Source: Chiloscyllium plagiosum (Eukaryota). Taken from it: a stretch of 64,000 nt of DNA. Under the pieces are notes generated by a model. That model did not search any database. It was given only the letters and a program-made list of their open reading frames with translations, and had not been told where the DNA came from. Below, piece after piece: positions 37,301 to 49,501 of this stretch. The DNA lies in NCBI RefSeq assembly GCF_004010195.1, contig NC_057712.1, forward strand, positions 6,251,299-6,315,298, written 5' to 3'. A program made the position numbers and the translations under genes. How positions within the stretch are numbered: the first letter of the stretch is position 1; every line of letters starts with the position of its first letter.

Positions 37301-40300
37301 TACCTCCTGCTAGCTATCCCAAAAACTAATTAGATTTGAAATAGCCTGCAGCTTCCTGCTTTATCTAACCTTCAATTTGTAGAACTGCAGATGTAACCTC
37401 TAATTACAATCTTCCAAAATTGCCTAACCGCCCACTCCCAGATGGGTCCTTATTTGCCAGTGTGGCACTAGAAAAGCTCAGCAGGTTGAGGAGCAAGAGT
37501 CTGTTTTGGGCATAAGCCCTTCCAACACCATACTTTTTGACTCTCCAGCATCTGCAGTCCTCCCTTTTCTCCTAGGTCCTTAGACCCTTTTAACTTGACA
37601 ACCGTGCCTTTCTTGCTGCAGCAGAGTTGCACACATCACATCCCTTACCTGCTAGAAATCCAGTCCTATCTATGAATGTTCTGTATTGCTTTTTACTTTG
37701 GTGTCAATTTAACCATGTGGCTATAAATGTTGTACACTAGTGAGCCTTAATGGTTTTACCTGTCTTACTGCAATTTAGTGTTTGCTGTCCCTCCCAGTTG
37801 CATTGATTTTTGATTTTTTTATCACTGCCTGCATTTGAACTTGATACAATTTCCTTGACTTAAGTTTTCCAGACTCCACCTATGTACAAACCTGGCCTAT
37901 CTGTAGTCTTGTGCAGACCAGCTGTCACAGTTGGATCCTTGCCCCAATTCCCCTCTAGCATTGAGGATTAACCTGTCCTTGCTATCAGATTCCCTGTTAT
38001 TTCCCCCTGCCTTGTCTCCCAAATCAAAATCCTGTAGCCTGCTTGTTGTCAAACTTCAGAAATCCCAAATCTGTTGGGCGAAGTATTGGAGGAGCCTCTA
38101 AAAGGATCTAGGTGTCCATCCGTCTGTCCACCCACCCTGTAACATGTGAAATTCCTAGTTTGTGACAAACTTGTGGAACCAAACCAGTCCAATAAAATGA
38201 TCTTTCCTGATTCACTGCAGTGTTTGAAATGGACTCCGATCATCAACCATAGTTGACAGGTTCTTGCCAGAAAGTTCAGTGCCTCTACACCTTGAATAGT
38301 TTCATATGTGAACAAATTGTAGTTCTATACACTATTTATATCCTGATGAAGACCAGTATCCAAATATTCAAGTGTGGTAAACATACAAACTTTAGATTAT
38401 GTTAATAGGACTTTACCATCTAAAATTACCAATTTATCAAACTGCCCACTCATTTCTTACCTCACTATTACTTCCACAGAGCCATGTGGTGGATGGACAG
38501 TATGGTATAAAGTACAGCATCAATTTGTTCTTGGAGCACCTGTGGAAAGATGAGGCATGGGGACTGAATAAAATCAACGTGATCCACCCAGTTACTACAC
38601 CCTTTATACCTCAGCCATTGGTTCTCATTGATGGTATGTACATGCCAAATTTTCTAAGATGGCTGAACTAACTTAGAATGGGATTCCTCTCCACTCAAAT
38701 TCTCTTGGAAAAATGTTTATTAATATAAGGCATAACTTGATTTTAGGCTGTTTTAAATGATTGTCATTATTGTACAATAATGACATCTAATGGCTGTTTT
38801 TCCACAATGGGCTTTGTGGAGGCAGGACACTTGTCCCTTGTCTTGCACTATTGGTTTGGTAGCTGGGAGAGAAAGGGAGAATAAGAACTGGAGTGAACTC
38901 CAGTTGGTATTTCACTTTTAATATCTTCCAATGATGGGCTTACTGTTTTTAAATCCAAGCCAAATGTGACTGTTCTAACTTACAAATTTATGGCTTGAGA
39001 ATGTTAACAGCCTATTGAACCCCAAGCCAACCAATAGTTAAGACCTCCAATTCCAGGATGGAAGCTGAATTGATCAATTGTTACCACAGTCACAAGTCAG
39101 GGAACATTCAAGGCTGCCAAGCCTTTTTTTTTTTTTACAAGAGTGGAAAAATGGTATTTGGAGAGATCTCTATGAACAACAGGATTTAGCCTTTTTTTTT
39201 TTTCCCCAGCAATATCCTGGTTTATGACACTTGAGACACCTGAGTGAAGTATTAGTCTTATCAGTTAGATAAATTGAAGAGTTAAGGTTGAGTCTTTCGA
39301 TTATGTAGAAAGTGATTGAATTCATTACAGATTTTTCTGCTGAGACTGGCACAAGTGCAAGTGTTTTTAAAAAATGTATGCTATTCAAATTGCAAGTAGC
39401 ATGTCCAGTCAGCGAGCTTTGGTCACGTTACAGATGTTTTGACCCACTAATTTTTCTGGCTGTTAAGTCTTCACAGAACTGAAACTAAACCAGTTTCATC
39501 TACAATATAATGCCATTCCAAAATATTCACGCTTCCTCAAACTGAAGTAGTTTCTATTCTAATCAAGAATATTTTTAATCATTCTAAAAATTCATTTTTA
39601 ACTTTATTTCCTTCACGATTAATCTTGACCAAGCATCTGTTGCCTCTTGTCACAAATGATATTCCAATCTAAAATAGTTGAAGTTTAACACCAATCCAGA
39701 CTTTTGCTGTAGCTTTAATGAATTAAATGAGGATTATAAATCCACAAATCACTGGTGTCAGGAATGCAGACTTCAAAATGTGGTAGACTTCAGTTAAGTG
39801 ACTTTCTTCACTATTGAATATTTCTGGAACAAATTCAACTTGACCAGAAAAATAACTGGTTCCTTTTCCTCAATTCTGTGCCAACATATCTCTGGAATAA
39901 CTAAATGGATTAGAGTTTACTGCTGCTAAAACTCTCAGTAATCACTGCGACTTTCAGGTTGTCGTGGCACTTTGCTTTGCTTTACCCACTCAAATTTCTT
40001 GCCTTTGCCAAAGTTGTCAAAAGAATAGAGTAGAAATTTGAAATTTCTAATTTAAATCCACCCTTTTGATGTACTAAATTTGTCACCATTCCAAGGTGAC
40101 TCTAGTCTTTAAGGTTAAAGTCACTTTTTTGTGCTTGACAACTCAGTCTTTCAGTTGGCTTATGAGTTTATTTGTACAAGGATTTTTATTCTCCATGTTT
40201 TTGGGCCTTTTTGACAATGGATTTTGTTAGGTGCATTCCTTATGGCAAACAGTAACAGGAATTTGTCAAATCATGACATTCTGACCAGGTTTTTGGTCCA

Positions 40301-43300
40301 GCTTATACAATTTTTTTTTTTAAACCTATGGATGAGCTGAAGGAATGAATTTTATTCCAATCTGAATATTTCACTGGAAAATACTGCAGTCTCCTGATTT
40401 TCTGGGAAGTCATACATGACTTAACCTGCTGAATATTCCAAACCTCTTATTGGAATTAAAGGGCAAATAGTTATTTATGATACAGATGCATGGTACATCT
40501 TGTTTGTTAGGCTCCCTCAAGTGTGGATTTGTTTCTTTGCATTTCTATTCAATGTGAGTTATGCACATTTTTTTTAGATTTTGAAGACCTCTCATAACTG
40601 CACACAGGAAAGAATCTTGTACAAAGCCTCTTATTTCTAGCTATGTTCTAATTACAGCCAGAAAACTCTTGGATATTCCTCCTGTAATCTGTTTTATGAT
40701 AAACTTAGTCATACAGTGCTCTTGTCAATGACCCTCGGGCTATTTCTGAACTAGGTCTGATTCTTCCATACTTTAAGCAATTGCTTCTAAAGTGACTTTT
40801 TTTATTGCATGACTGCACTTTATCCATGCTACAATCACTCACTTTACAAACTAGTCCCATTAATTGAGTGACCTCTCCATACATATACTGCTAACTTTTT
40901 GTCCTGTCTGCCTTCCCTCTGGAAGGCAGTAATCAGCCAACAGCAATGACTGACTTGCTTCAGTGTAACAATTCTATTGGCCTGCCTCCTTCAGAATAAG
41001 GAGTTAATTTTTGAAATAAAACTCAGTTTCTAGTGTTCTGATTTGCTTTAGCATAGAATGTTTTGTTTGTTTTAGTTTTTCCCTCACCATCTCTCTGGCA
41101 GGCTGAAGAAACCTGCTCTACCAAAACTGCAAAAATTTTCTATCCCTTTCCTGATGCTTTCTGAAGATTGCAGTGAAAATGAACACCTGAATAATCAGTC
41201 TTGAGCTTCCAACAATTGGTTTAGTATGTCCAGTCTCCTTGCAATAGAAGTGTGCTTGTCCAACTTTTTAATTGGACTTTCTCCGTGAGTTTGAAAAGTT
41301 TGTTTGTATTCCCTGCAATTACCTTTTGAATCTCCAGATTCAGGCAGGAGGGTTGGGGGTTGGAGGGAGGGAGGAGAGAAGAGAAGATTCCTTTCACCAG
41401 AAGGTGGTGGTCTGGAATGCACTGTCTGGGAAAGTAGACAAGAAGCCTTTAAGAAAAAGTACTTTTGTTGAACACTCATAATATTCTCAAAACTAAGGGC
41501 TGAGTGTAGTGATGTTTGGTACATATTTGAGCCAAAGGGCTTGTGTACTAAATAAATAAGATTTTGTGACTTTATTTCCTCACCATTTTTGTCACCTGTA
41601 ATTAACAATGGGTACTCTCCAGAACTACTAAACTTTTAGTCACCCAAAGACTTAATTATTTCTTTTTTGCTCACTCTCCATAAACCTTCAACCCTCTGTC
41701 TAAATTTGAGACACTAATGTTGCAACATCCACTGCATGTAAGGGCAATGAGTTCCACAGATTTATAATACTTGAGGTAACTTCCACATTTTAGTTGAATA
41801 TACTACCACTTTTAGAATGAGGTCAGTTATAGGATAAACTATCACATGAAGCATCCCCTCAACTTAACTTTGTAAGTTAAGCAGACATAATTCTGTGGGG
41901 AGAACATAAAAACTGCAGATGCTGGAGATCAGTCATGTGGTGTTGGAAAAAGACAGCTGATCAGGCAGCACCCAAGGAGCAAGAGCTATTTCAAGCAAAG
42001 ATCTTCAAGAATGTTAAGGGAAGGGTTACACAAGGGGGCTGAGAGAAAAGTCATGTGGTGTTGGAAAAAGACAGCTGATCAGGCAGCACCCAAGGAGCAA
42101 GAGCTATTTCAAGCAAAGATCTTCAAGAATGTTAAGGGAAGGGTTACACAAGGGGGCTGAGAGAAAGTGGGGCTGGGGAAGATAGCTGGGAATGCAGTTG
42201 GTAGGTTAAGTGGGGGTGATGGTGATACTCCAGAGTAGAGCAGATGGGTGGGAAGGAAGATGAACAGCTCAAGAGGGTGGTGCTGAGTTGGGGTTGGGAA
42301 GATCTGGGAACTGGTGAAATAGGCATTCATCCTGTGATTTGGAGGGTCCCAAGGCAGATGTGTTCTTCAGTATACAGGCTAACTTCCTTGCTTTCTACAT
42401 TTAAGAGATTTAATGTTTAAATTCCTTTCTATAGAATGCTGAACAACACCTATTGATGCTCACTTTTAAGAACATGCTTCTGTTGCTGGTCTTTCTTGGA
42501 AATCCCAAATGACCCACAGTGAACATTCCGGGTTTACTGAATGTGGCTCATCTAAAAATTTTGAGTGAACTCTAACTTATTGGGAATACTGTTTTAACTC
42601 ACTACTTGGAGCTTGTCCAAAGTTACCCTTCAGTTCTCTAAACCCAAACAATATATTTTACCTTTTTTGGAAACTTGCTTCCTCAATTATAAATAGTCAT
42701 TAAGCCTACAAATGGGACAAAGGAAAAGCTGTTCAAATATCTAATTGGTGGTTTGGATGAGTTAGTTACACAGATGCCAATTTTTTTTTTTCTTCCAGAT
42801 ACCATTCCTGAGCAATGGCTATTCAATGTCTCATTGGGCAACTTCCTTCCTGATGTAGAACTCACCAAGCTCACTCTGGGCACACAGTCCTTCCCTGTGG
42901 ATGAAGAAACCCTGATATTTAATGTGTACACTGGGACTAACCCAGATGAGACCACCTTAAATAGAATCTTCATCCTGGAAGTTCCCATGGAGTCACCAGT
43001 TGTAGACAGAAAGGTAATGGGATGTCTGGGTGAATGGCTTCCACGTTGGGAGATGGTGCTGACTTGTGGCTTCCTCCTTCCAGTATATAGGTGATGGTGT
43101 TGAACAATATACCCTTGATGTCATCTTCACAATGACTGTGGTTCCAGAAAATCTAACATTCACACATCCAGCTCACTTAATACATCAGCACACAATAGGT
43201 AGGTGGTTCTTGCCCTGATGTAGACTGCAAAGTGATCCGTGAAAATGCTTTTTGAAGTAATATGAAATGTGCCTTTTGCTAGTACTTCCTGTGGCTGATG

Positions 43301-45534
43301 GCTTTTGTGATGAAGAGAACGTGACCTTGATGGTAACACGTGGAATGTCAGATCGGTACTGGATTCCTTTCNNNNNNNNNNNNNNNNNNNNNNNNNNNNN
43401 NNNNNNNNNNNNNNNNNNNNNNNNNNNNNNNNNNNNNNNNNNNNNNNGACTGTGTGGAGTTTGCACGTTCTCCCCGTGTCTGCGTGGGTTTCCTCCGGGT
43501 GCTCCGGTTTCCTCCCACAGTCCAAAGATGTGCAGGGTCAGGTGAATTGGCCATACTAAATTGCCCGTAGTGTTAGGTAAGGGGTAAATGTAGGGGATGG
43601 GTGGGTTTCGCTTCGGCGGGTCGGTGTGGACTTGTTGGGCCGAAGGGCCTGTTTCCACACTGTAATCTAATCTAAAAAATCTAAAAATAACTATTAATCT
43701 TAAATGAAACTGAATGTTATGAAGTGCCTGACAGTAAAGGGTTTTTACAGCAATTTCCAGTTGCAGTGGCACTACCCTTTGGTATTTTCAATCGGACACT
43801 AAAGGCTGACAACTAGACAACTGCCCTTCTGAGGCAGGGAAACAGTTGGGGATTAAAGAATATACGCTGTGATGTTAAAAATTCAGAGAATGTGGCAACA
43901 CACTCTGCCTACCTCTCACAAAATGTCTCCTGAGCCAGCTGAGGGTCATTCTTTCCTGTCGTTTAATCAGTTCCTTTATCCACTGCCAGGGTTTACTCTG
44001 AATCCCCACAGCTTTGAGTTTAATGAATGGGTTTTTTGGTGTGAAATTTTCTCAAGAGCAGTTTGGAAGTTGAGATTTGCACATTCCATTCAAATTGTCT
44101 CTTCCTAAATTAGGTTAAAGGTTAAGAAATGTGCTCAGGCAGTGTGGTCTCTTTGTCTCTAATGGTTGATATTTTATACTGAATAGAAGCGAGTCTTATC
44201 TGTAGTTATCACCTTCATCCCCTCCCCCACTCACCCATTGTACTCTATGCTACTTTCTCCCCACCCCCAACCTCCTCTAGCTTATCTCTCCTCGCTTCAG
44301 GCTCTCTGCCTTTATTCCTGATGAAGGGCTTTTGCCCGAAATGTCGATTTTTGCTGAAGCTCCTCGAAGCTGCCTGAACTGCTGTGCTCTTCCAGCACCA
44401 TTGATCCAGAAAGGTAAATCGCCACCTACAGTGGCTCAATATTAGAACACCTCTGTCGGAGGGGTAAATTTTGAGATCCAGTCTGACTTGATTGCAGCTA
44501 TTTTAATTAAGAATTGGAATGAGGATTTTCCTTTCCACCCCTAATTTTATTGGACCTCTTTGCTTTGTTGGTTTGCAGATGTGTCCTATTCTGCCCTGTA
44601 TGAGGAAGGTGACTATCCAGTCGTGAAGTATCTGACTGATCCTGTCTATGTTGAAGTGCAACTGCTACACAATGAAGATCCACAAATTGAATTGTTCCTG
44701 CAAGACTGTTGGGCAACTGCGTCACCGGACAGACGCAGCATTCCACAGTGGCCTCTAATTATCAACAGGCAAGTAGGAGCTGCTGCTTTGTAAAGGGGGG
44801 ACAGTTTTGACATCTGCCTTTGGGTGGCAAGTGACTATCTTTTGTTTTACAGCTGTGAGAACAAAGCTGACTTGTATAGAACCACCTTCCATCCGGTAGC
44901 CGAGAGTGAGAGGGTTAAATATCCTGCTCACTTCAAAAGGTTTGAAGTCCAGATGTTTACTTTCACCTTGGGCAATTATACTGAGGAACAGGTGAGGATT
45001 TGTCCAGTACAGTGTTTTTTCAGTATGTTTGTATTCCGCTATTGTTATCATTTTCTCTCCCCCAGGTGTATTTCCATTGCAGCGTAGCCTTGTGCAGGAA
45101 GGAGCCAGTAAATAGATTCCTGTGTCCAGGTCAATGTGTACCAAGGAAACAACGAATAGGTAATGCTTGAAGATGGGCACCAAACCTGTGCTGTTTGCCT
45201 GTAATCCTGTACTGACCAGCTGTGTAATTACTACAGGGCGAAGTGCTGACAGAACCCACCATGTGCAGGGGTATGTGTCATCAGGGGCTGTTCTGATTTC
45301 TACAGAATTCTCTACAGTAGAGAACCAGATGGAGCAAGGTGAAAAATTGCTTTAGAATGGCTTTGAAACAATTTATCAAATCTGACAATTAACTAATCCA
45401 GTTTGCTTTTGTCTTTAGGTGACAATAACCTGTCCTCTTCCAAGGCGGTCCTGATTGGAGGCTCAGCAATAATTGTTACTTTAATGGTGTTTAGTGTCAT
45501 CAGTTGTAAGTGCCAAATGAAAAGATTGGACTAA
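31323..45534 (+). CDS. zpax: Zona pellucida protein AX-like, copy B (3' exon 13 to exon 17 absent from this assembly)
   Basis: Exons: 31323-31345, 31430-31488, 31586-31678, 32932-33059, 33807-33947, 34207-34287, 34894-35061, 35145-35241, 35995-36212, 38480-38633, 42799-43013, 43084-43198, 43283-(43371, gap), [44410-44413, last 4 nt of exon 17], 44579-44768, 44853-44991, 45066-45159, 45237-45338, 45419-45534. No stops or frameshifts in the visible exons, and indels relative to A are in-frame. About 943 aa if the missing part equals copy A. Confidence 0.78.
35455..35950 (+). mobile_element. CR1 LINE 3' fragment in intron 8 of copy B
   Basis: TTGGAATACTGCATTCAATTCT...GGATGTTGTGAAAC...TGGAATGAGC, matching the CR1 3' end. 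Confidence 0.75.
37453..37574. mobile_element. Short fold-back Penelope-like pLTR insertion with 8-bp TSD
   Basis: GGTCCTTA at 37445-37452 and 37575-37582. Contains GGGCATAAGCCCTT and CCAGCATCTGCAGTCCTC. Confidence 0.6.
41895..42375 (-). mobile_element. Penelope-like 3' end/pLTR containing a perfect 118-bp tandem duplication
   Basis: CTGCAGATGCTGGAGATC and CAGGCAGCA.CCAAGGAGCA family motifs. 41931-42048 equals 42049-42166. Confidence 0.7.
43372..43447. other. Assembly gap (76 N)
   Basis: Run of N that begins inside exon 13 of copy B. Confidence 1.
43448..43676 (+). mobile_element. Young V-SINE (HE1-like), 5' end hidden by the gap
   Basis: Consensus-like V-domain with CpGs retained and a TCTAATCTAA tail. 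Confidence 0.9.
44205..44409 (+). mobile_element. Penelope-like pLTR with a minimal hammerhead core (44318-44345)
   Basis: CTGATGA-A-GGGC-TTTT-GCCC-GAAA-TGTC, followed by the family tail GCTGCCTGAACTGCTGTGCTCTTCCAGCACCA. Confidence 0.8.
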
Positions 45535-45540
45535 GCTTTA

Positions 45541-45564
45541 ATTAAAAATGCTCATTCAAATAAA
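45541..45564 (+). terminator. Polyadenylation signals of copy B
   Basis: ATTAAA at 45541-45546 and AATAAA at 45559-45564, within 30 nt of the TAA stop. Confidence 0.65.
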
Positions 45565-45789
45565 GTCTCTTCCTTGGGTGAATTTCATGGAGCTAACAGT
45601 AAATTCAACAGTTTTGGCAATCCAGACGTTGGCGCAAGTGTTTCAATAACAAATCTAACTTTGACCCAAGAAATAGGTGTAGTCCTCTACCCTGTTGAAC
45701 AGTGGAGCAGTATCCTACCATGGCTGATCCAATATAACTCAATCCAGGTTCTTGTCTCTTTCCGCATCTATCATGATAGAATCTGATTT

Positions 45790-46210
45790 AAATATACACA
45801 AGGGTTCTGCCTCTGTGGCTCTATGGCAAAGAATTCAAAAGACATTCCCCAATCTAAAATTGGTGCCCATCTTTATTCTGAGGCTATGCACTCTGGTCCT
45901 AGACTCTCCCAGGTGGGGCAGATCCTCTTGACTATCTTAGTATTTGTCTGTCAAGATCCCCCTGTTTCAATGAGATCACCCTTCATTCTTTTGAACTCCT
46001 GAGTAAATCCCAATCTGGTTTTTAGCTTCTGCATACCAGATCACATGGTTTTTTTTCTGAACTGCCTCTAATGCAACAAGATCCTTCCTTAAAACAGGAG
46101 ACCAAAATTGCTAACCATGTTCCTGGTATCTTACCAGCACCTTTTGTACGATTACAATAAGGCTTCCATACCCTCCATTTTCCCCTTGCAATAAAGGGCC
46201 AATACTGAGA
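45790..46210 (-). mobile_element. Degenerate CR1 LINE 3' fragment
   Basis: TTTCAATGAGATCACCC.TCATTCTT and GGAGACCAAAATTG are typical reverse-strand CR1 3' motifs. Confidence 0.6.
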
Positions 46211-47519
46211 GCAATCCTAATGTATGAAGAACTCTACTGCAATCTGACCTTTCCAAAAATTCCATTGAACATTACACTTTCCTGTCAGTTTGCTGCTACT
46301 TATTGCATCAACTTGCTGAAATATCAGTGGTCAGTTTTTTTTGGAAGCCCACTTACACCCATCAACAGTACTGCCCCCTTGTTTAGCTGCTTTAAAGTAA
46401 CTTTTGTCTCCCTTCTCTTCCCATCCCCCTCAGAAATCCAGTTGTGGATCTACGTAATCTAAATTTGCCCAGTGACTAGTTATGAATTGCTTCATAACTG
46501 ACTGAGGTTGAACTAATTCTTTTAACTACTGGGGTTATCCTTGCCCCCTTCTAAAATTAACAATGTATGCAGTTTTGTAGTCCTCTAGCTAAATATTAAC
46601 TAGGCACCTTTTGTTGCCATATATTTGATTTCCACAAAGCTAAGAACTGAAGGTGTTGTAATTTCTGCTTTTTTTTCCCAGATTTCCTAGGGGAAAAAAC
46701 AGCAGTCTGTCTGCATCTGTGGAGTTGAAAATGCTAGATTTTTCTCTCCAGTAATCATCTTCTAGTACCTATTTCCATATGTAAATCCTTTGTCTCTGAA
46801 CTGCCCCACTCCCCTTTCACTACCCTCATAGGCACTAGTCTAGTGTTTGTGACATCAATAAGGCCTAGTTAACTTGTGTAGTTCCAAGGGAAAATCCAAA
46901 GATTATCTGACCTGTAGCTATTGGTTATGAGTAGGCCTATTAGGCAAATTTTTTAAATAAAAAATGCTAAATAGCAGTGTTTTCAAGTGTCTCACTCAAG
47001 ACAACTTAAATGTACTCATTAAAACTCCTTTTTTGATCTAACAGGTTTTTAAAACAAATTAACTGGACAGGAGGCTTGGGCTTGCTACAAGTCACTTAAA
47101 GCCAGGAGGTTAAAGTAAATTTAGGAAAAGACCTCTTCAGCCATTTAATGTAAGGAGTTGTCAAACAGATAAGAATTTGAGCTTTGGCCCAAAACAGCTG
47201 GGAGGAATGTGATTGACCTCCTTTTGTGTAACCCTATGAAGGAAACATGAACAAGCAGTGTTTGAGAAAATTCTTAAAGCTTTGAGAGCCAACTGAGTTT
47301 TGAGTGACTGACAACAATTCCAACTTGATTATTCTAAGAGCATGAGGAAATCTTTGCAAAAGATGTAACTTTTTTGATATGTGGGTGACAAAAGGTTTTG
47401 CATTTTTCAAGTTCTACACAAGATCTTGTCTCTTTGCTCATCTCTCTCCAAAAAGGAGGAAACTAATACCATGTACAGTTTAACAGCCAACCAGCAGCCT
47501 GAACCATCCAAACGCAACA

Positions 47520-48295
47520 GGCAAGGTAGCTGTGGTTAACACTAATGTCTTTACAGCACAAAGGACCCAGGTTCTATCGCAGCTTTAGGTGACTGTGTCT
47601 ATGTGTGGAGTCTGCACCTTTTGTTTGTCTGTAGATTTCCTCTCAACCCAAAGACCTGCTCAGTGTCCAGAAATCTCCATGGGAAATGAAAGGGTGGGTC
47701 TGCATGGGATGCTCTTCAGCGGGTCAGTGTGGACGCTGAGCTGAATGGCCTGCTAGGGCAGCACAACGGCTCAGTGCCAAAAGAGGAAAAAATTCTGGAA
47801 AATCTCAGCAGGTCTGGCAGCATCTGTAAAGAGAAAAGAACTGATGTTTTGAGTCAACTGACCCTTTTGTCAAAGTTCTGGGCAAGTCCTTGGAGTAGGT
47901 AGAAATGGGCTGTCTGCAGTTGGGAGACTGAGGTTGGAAGCTGGGGAAGGGGAGAGGCATCTGGAGGAAATAAGGTCAGTCAGTGTTGGAGACAATGGCT
48001 TGATGCTCAGTGGTGTGGTTGTGCTCCAGGGGGAGGTAGGAGGAGGAATGAGAGTTGGCACTCTGCCTCTACAAGGTAGAGGTCAGTGGTTGGCACTGCT
48101 ACCTCAGTGCCAGGGACCTGGGTTTGATTCAAGCCTCTGGCAACTATCTGTGGGTTTCCTCGTGCAGGTTGTGAATTGGTGATGCTAAATTGCCCAAAGT
48201 GTTCAGGGATGTGTAGGTTAGGTGCGTGAGTCAGGGGTAAATGTAGAGTAATAGGGTAGGAGAATGGGTTACTTTTTAGAGGGTTGGTGTGGACA
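47520..48295 (+). mobile_element. Cluster of degenerate V-SINEs (about 47520-47760 and 48083-48295) plus a pLTR fragment (about 47785-47880)
   Basis: V-domain-like TGTGTGGAGTCTGCAC and SINE tail GCTAAATTGCCC..AGTGTTCAGGGATGTGTAGGTTAGGTG. Confidence 0.65.
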
Positions 48296-49408
48296 TAGAA
48301 CAGTACAGCACAGAACAGGCCCTTCAGCCCACAATGTTGTACCGACCACTGATCCTCATGTATGCACCCTCAAATTTCTGTGACTATATGCATGTCCAGT
48401 AGTCTCTTAAATGTCCCCAATGACCTTGCTTCCACAACTGCTGCTGGCAATGCATTCCATGCTCTCTCAACTCTGTGTAAAGAACCCGCCTCTGACATCC
48501 CCTCTATACTTTCCTCCAACCAGCTTAAAACGATGACCCCTCCTGTTAGTCATTTCTAACCTGGGAAATAGTCTCTGCCTATTGACTACCTATGCCTCTC
48601 ATTACCTTGTATACCTCAACTAGGTCCCCTCTCCTCCTTTTCTCTATTGAAGAAAAGTCCAAGCTCAGTCAACCTCTCTTTGTAAGATAAGCCCTCCAGT
48701 CCAGGCAGCATCCTGGTAAACCTCCCCTAACCCTCTCCAAAGCATCCACATCTTTCCTATAATAGGGTGACCAGAACTGGACACAGTATTCCAAGTGCGG
48801 TCTAACCAAAGTTTTATAGAGCTGCAACAAGATCTCACTACTCTTAAACTTAATACCCCTGTTAATAAAAGCCAAAACACCATATGCTTTCTTAACAACC
48901 CTGTCCACTTAGGTGGCCATTTTAAGGGATCTATGCACCTGCACACCAAGATCCCTCTGTTCCTCCACACTGCCAAGAATCCTATTCTTAATCCTGTATT
49001 CAGCTTTCAAATTCAACCTTCTGAAATGCATCCCCTCGCATTTATCCAGGTTGAACTCCATCTGCCACCTCTCAGCCCAACTCTGCATCCTGTCAATGTC
49101 CCGCTGCAGCCTACAACAGCCCTCTATACTGTCAACGACACCTCCAACATTTGTCATCTGCAAACTTGCTGACCCATCCTTCAATCCCCTCATCCAAGTC
49201 ATTAATAAAAATTACAAAGAGTAGAGGCCCAAGGACAGAGCCCTGTGGAACACCACTCACCACAGACTTCCAGGCAGAATATTTTCCTTATACTATCACT
49301 TGCTGTCTTCTGTTGGCCAGTCAATTCTCTATCCAGACAGCTAAGTTCCCCTGTGTCCCATTCCTCCTGACCTTCTGAATGAGTCTACCATGGGGAAACT
49401 TATCAAAT

Positions 49409-49501
49409 CTGAAAATGTGTTGCTGGTAAAGCACAGCAGGTCAGGCAGCATCCAAGGAACAGGAGAATCGACGTTTCGGGCATAAGCCCTTCATCAGGAA
49501 C
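49409..49501 (-). mobile_element. Solo Penelope-like pLTR inserted into CR1 RT, with 10-bp TSD
   Basis: CTTATCAAAT at 49399-49408 and 49502-49511. The insert interrupts the FSKAFDKVP codons. Confidence 0.85.
49466..49500 (-). ncRNA. Minimal type I hammerhead ribozyme-like motif
   Basis: The minus strand reads CUGAUGA-A-GGGC-UUAU-GCCC-GAAA-CGUC. The catalytic core is intact, stem II has 4 bp, palindromic ACGU replaces stem III, and stem I is weak. Confidence 0.6.

Noticed and set aside
43160-43772. Long ORFs crossing 43372-43447
   Set aside because: Artefacts of the N run joining antisense exon sequence to a SINE.
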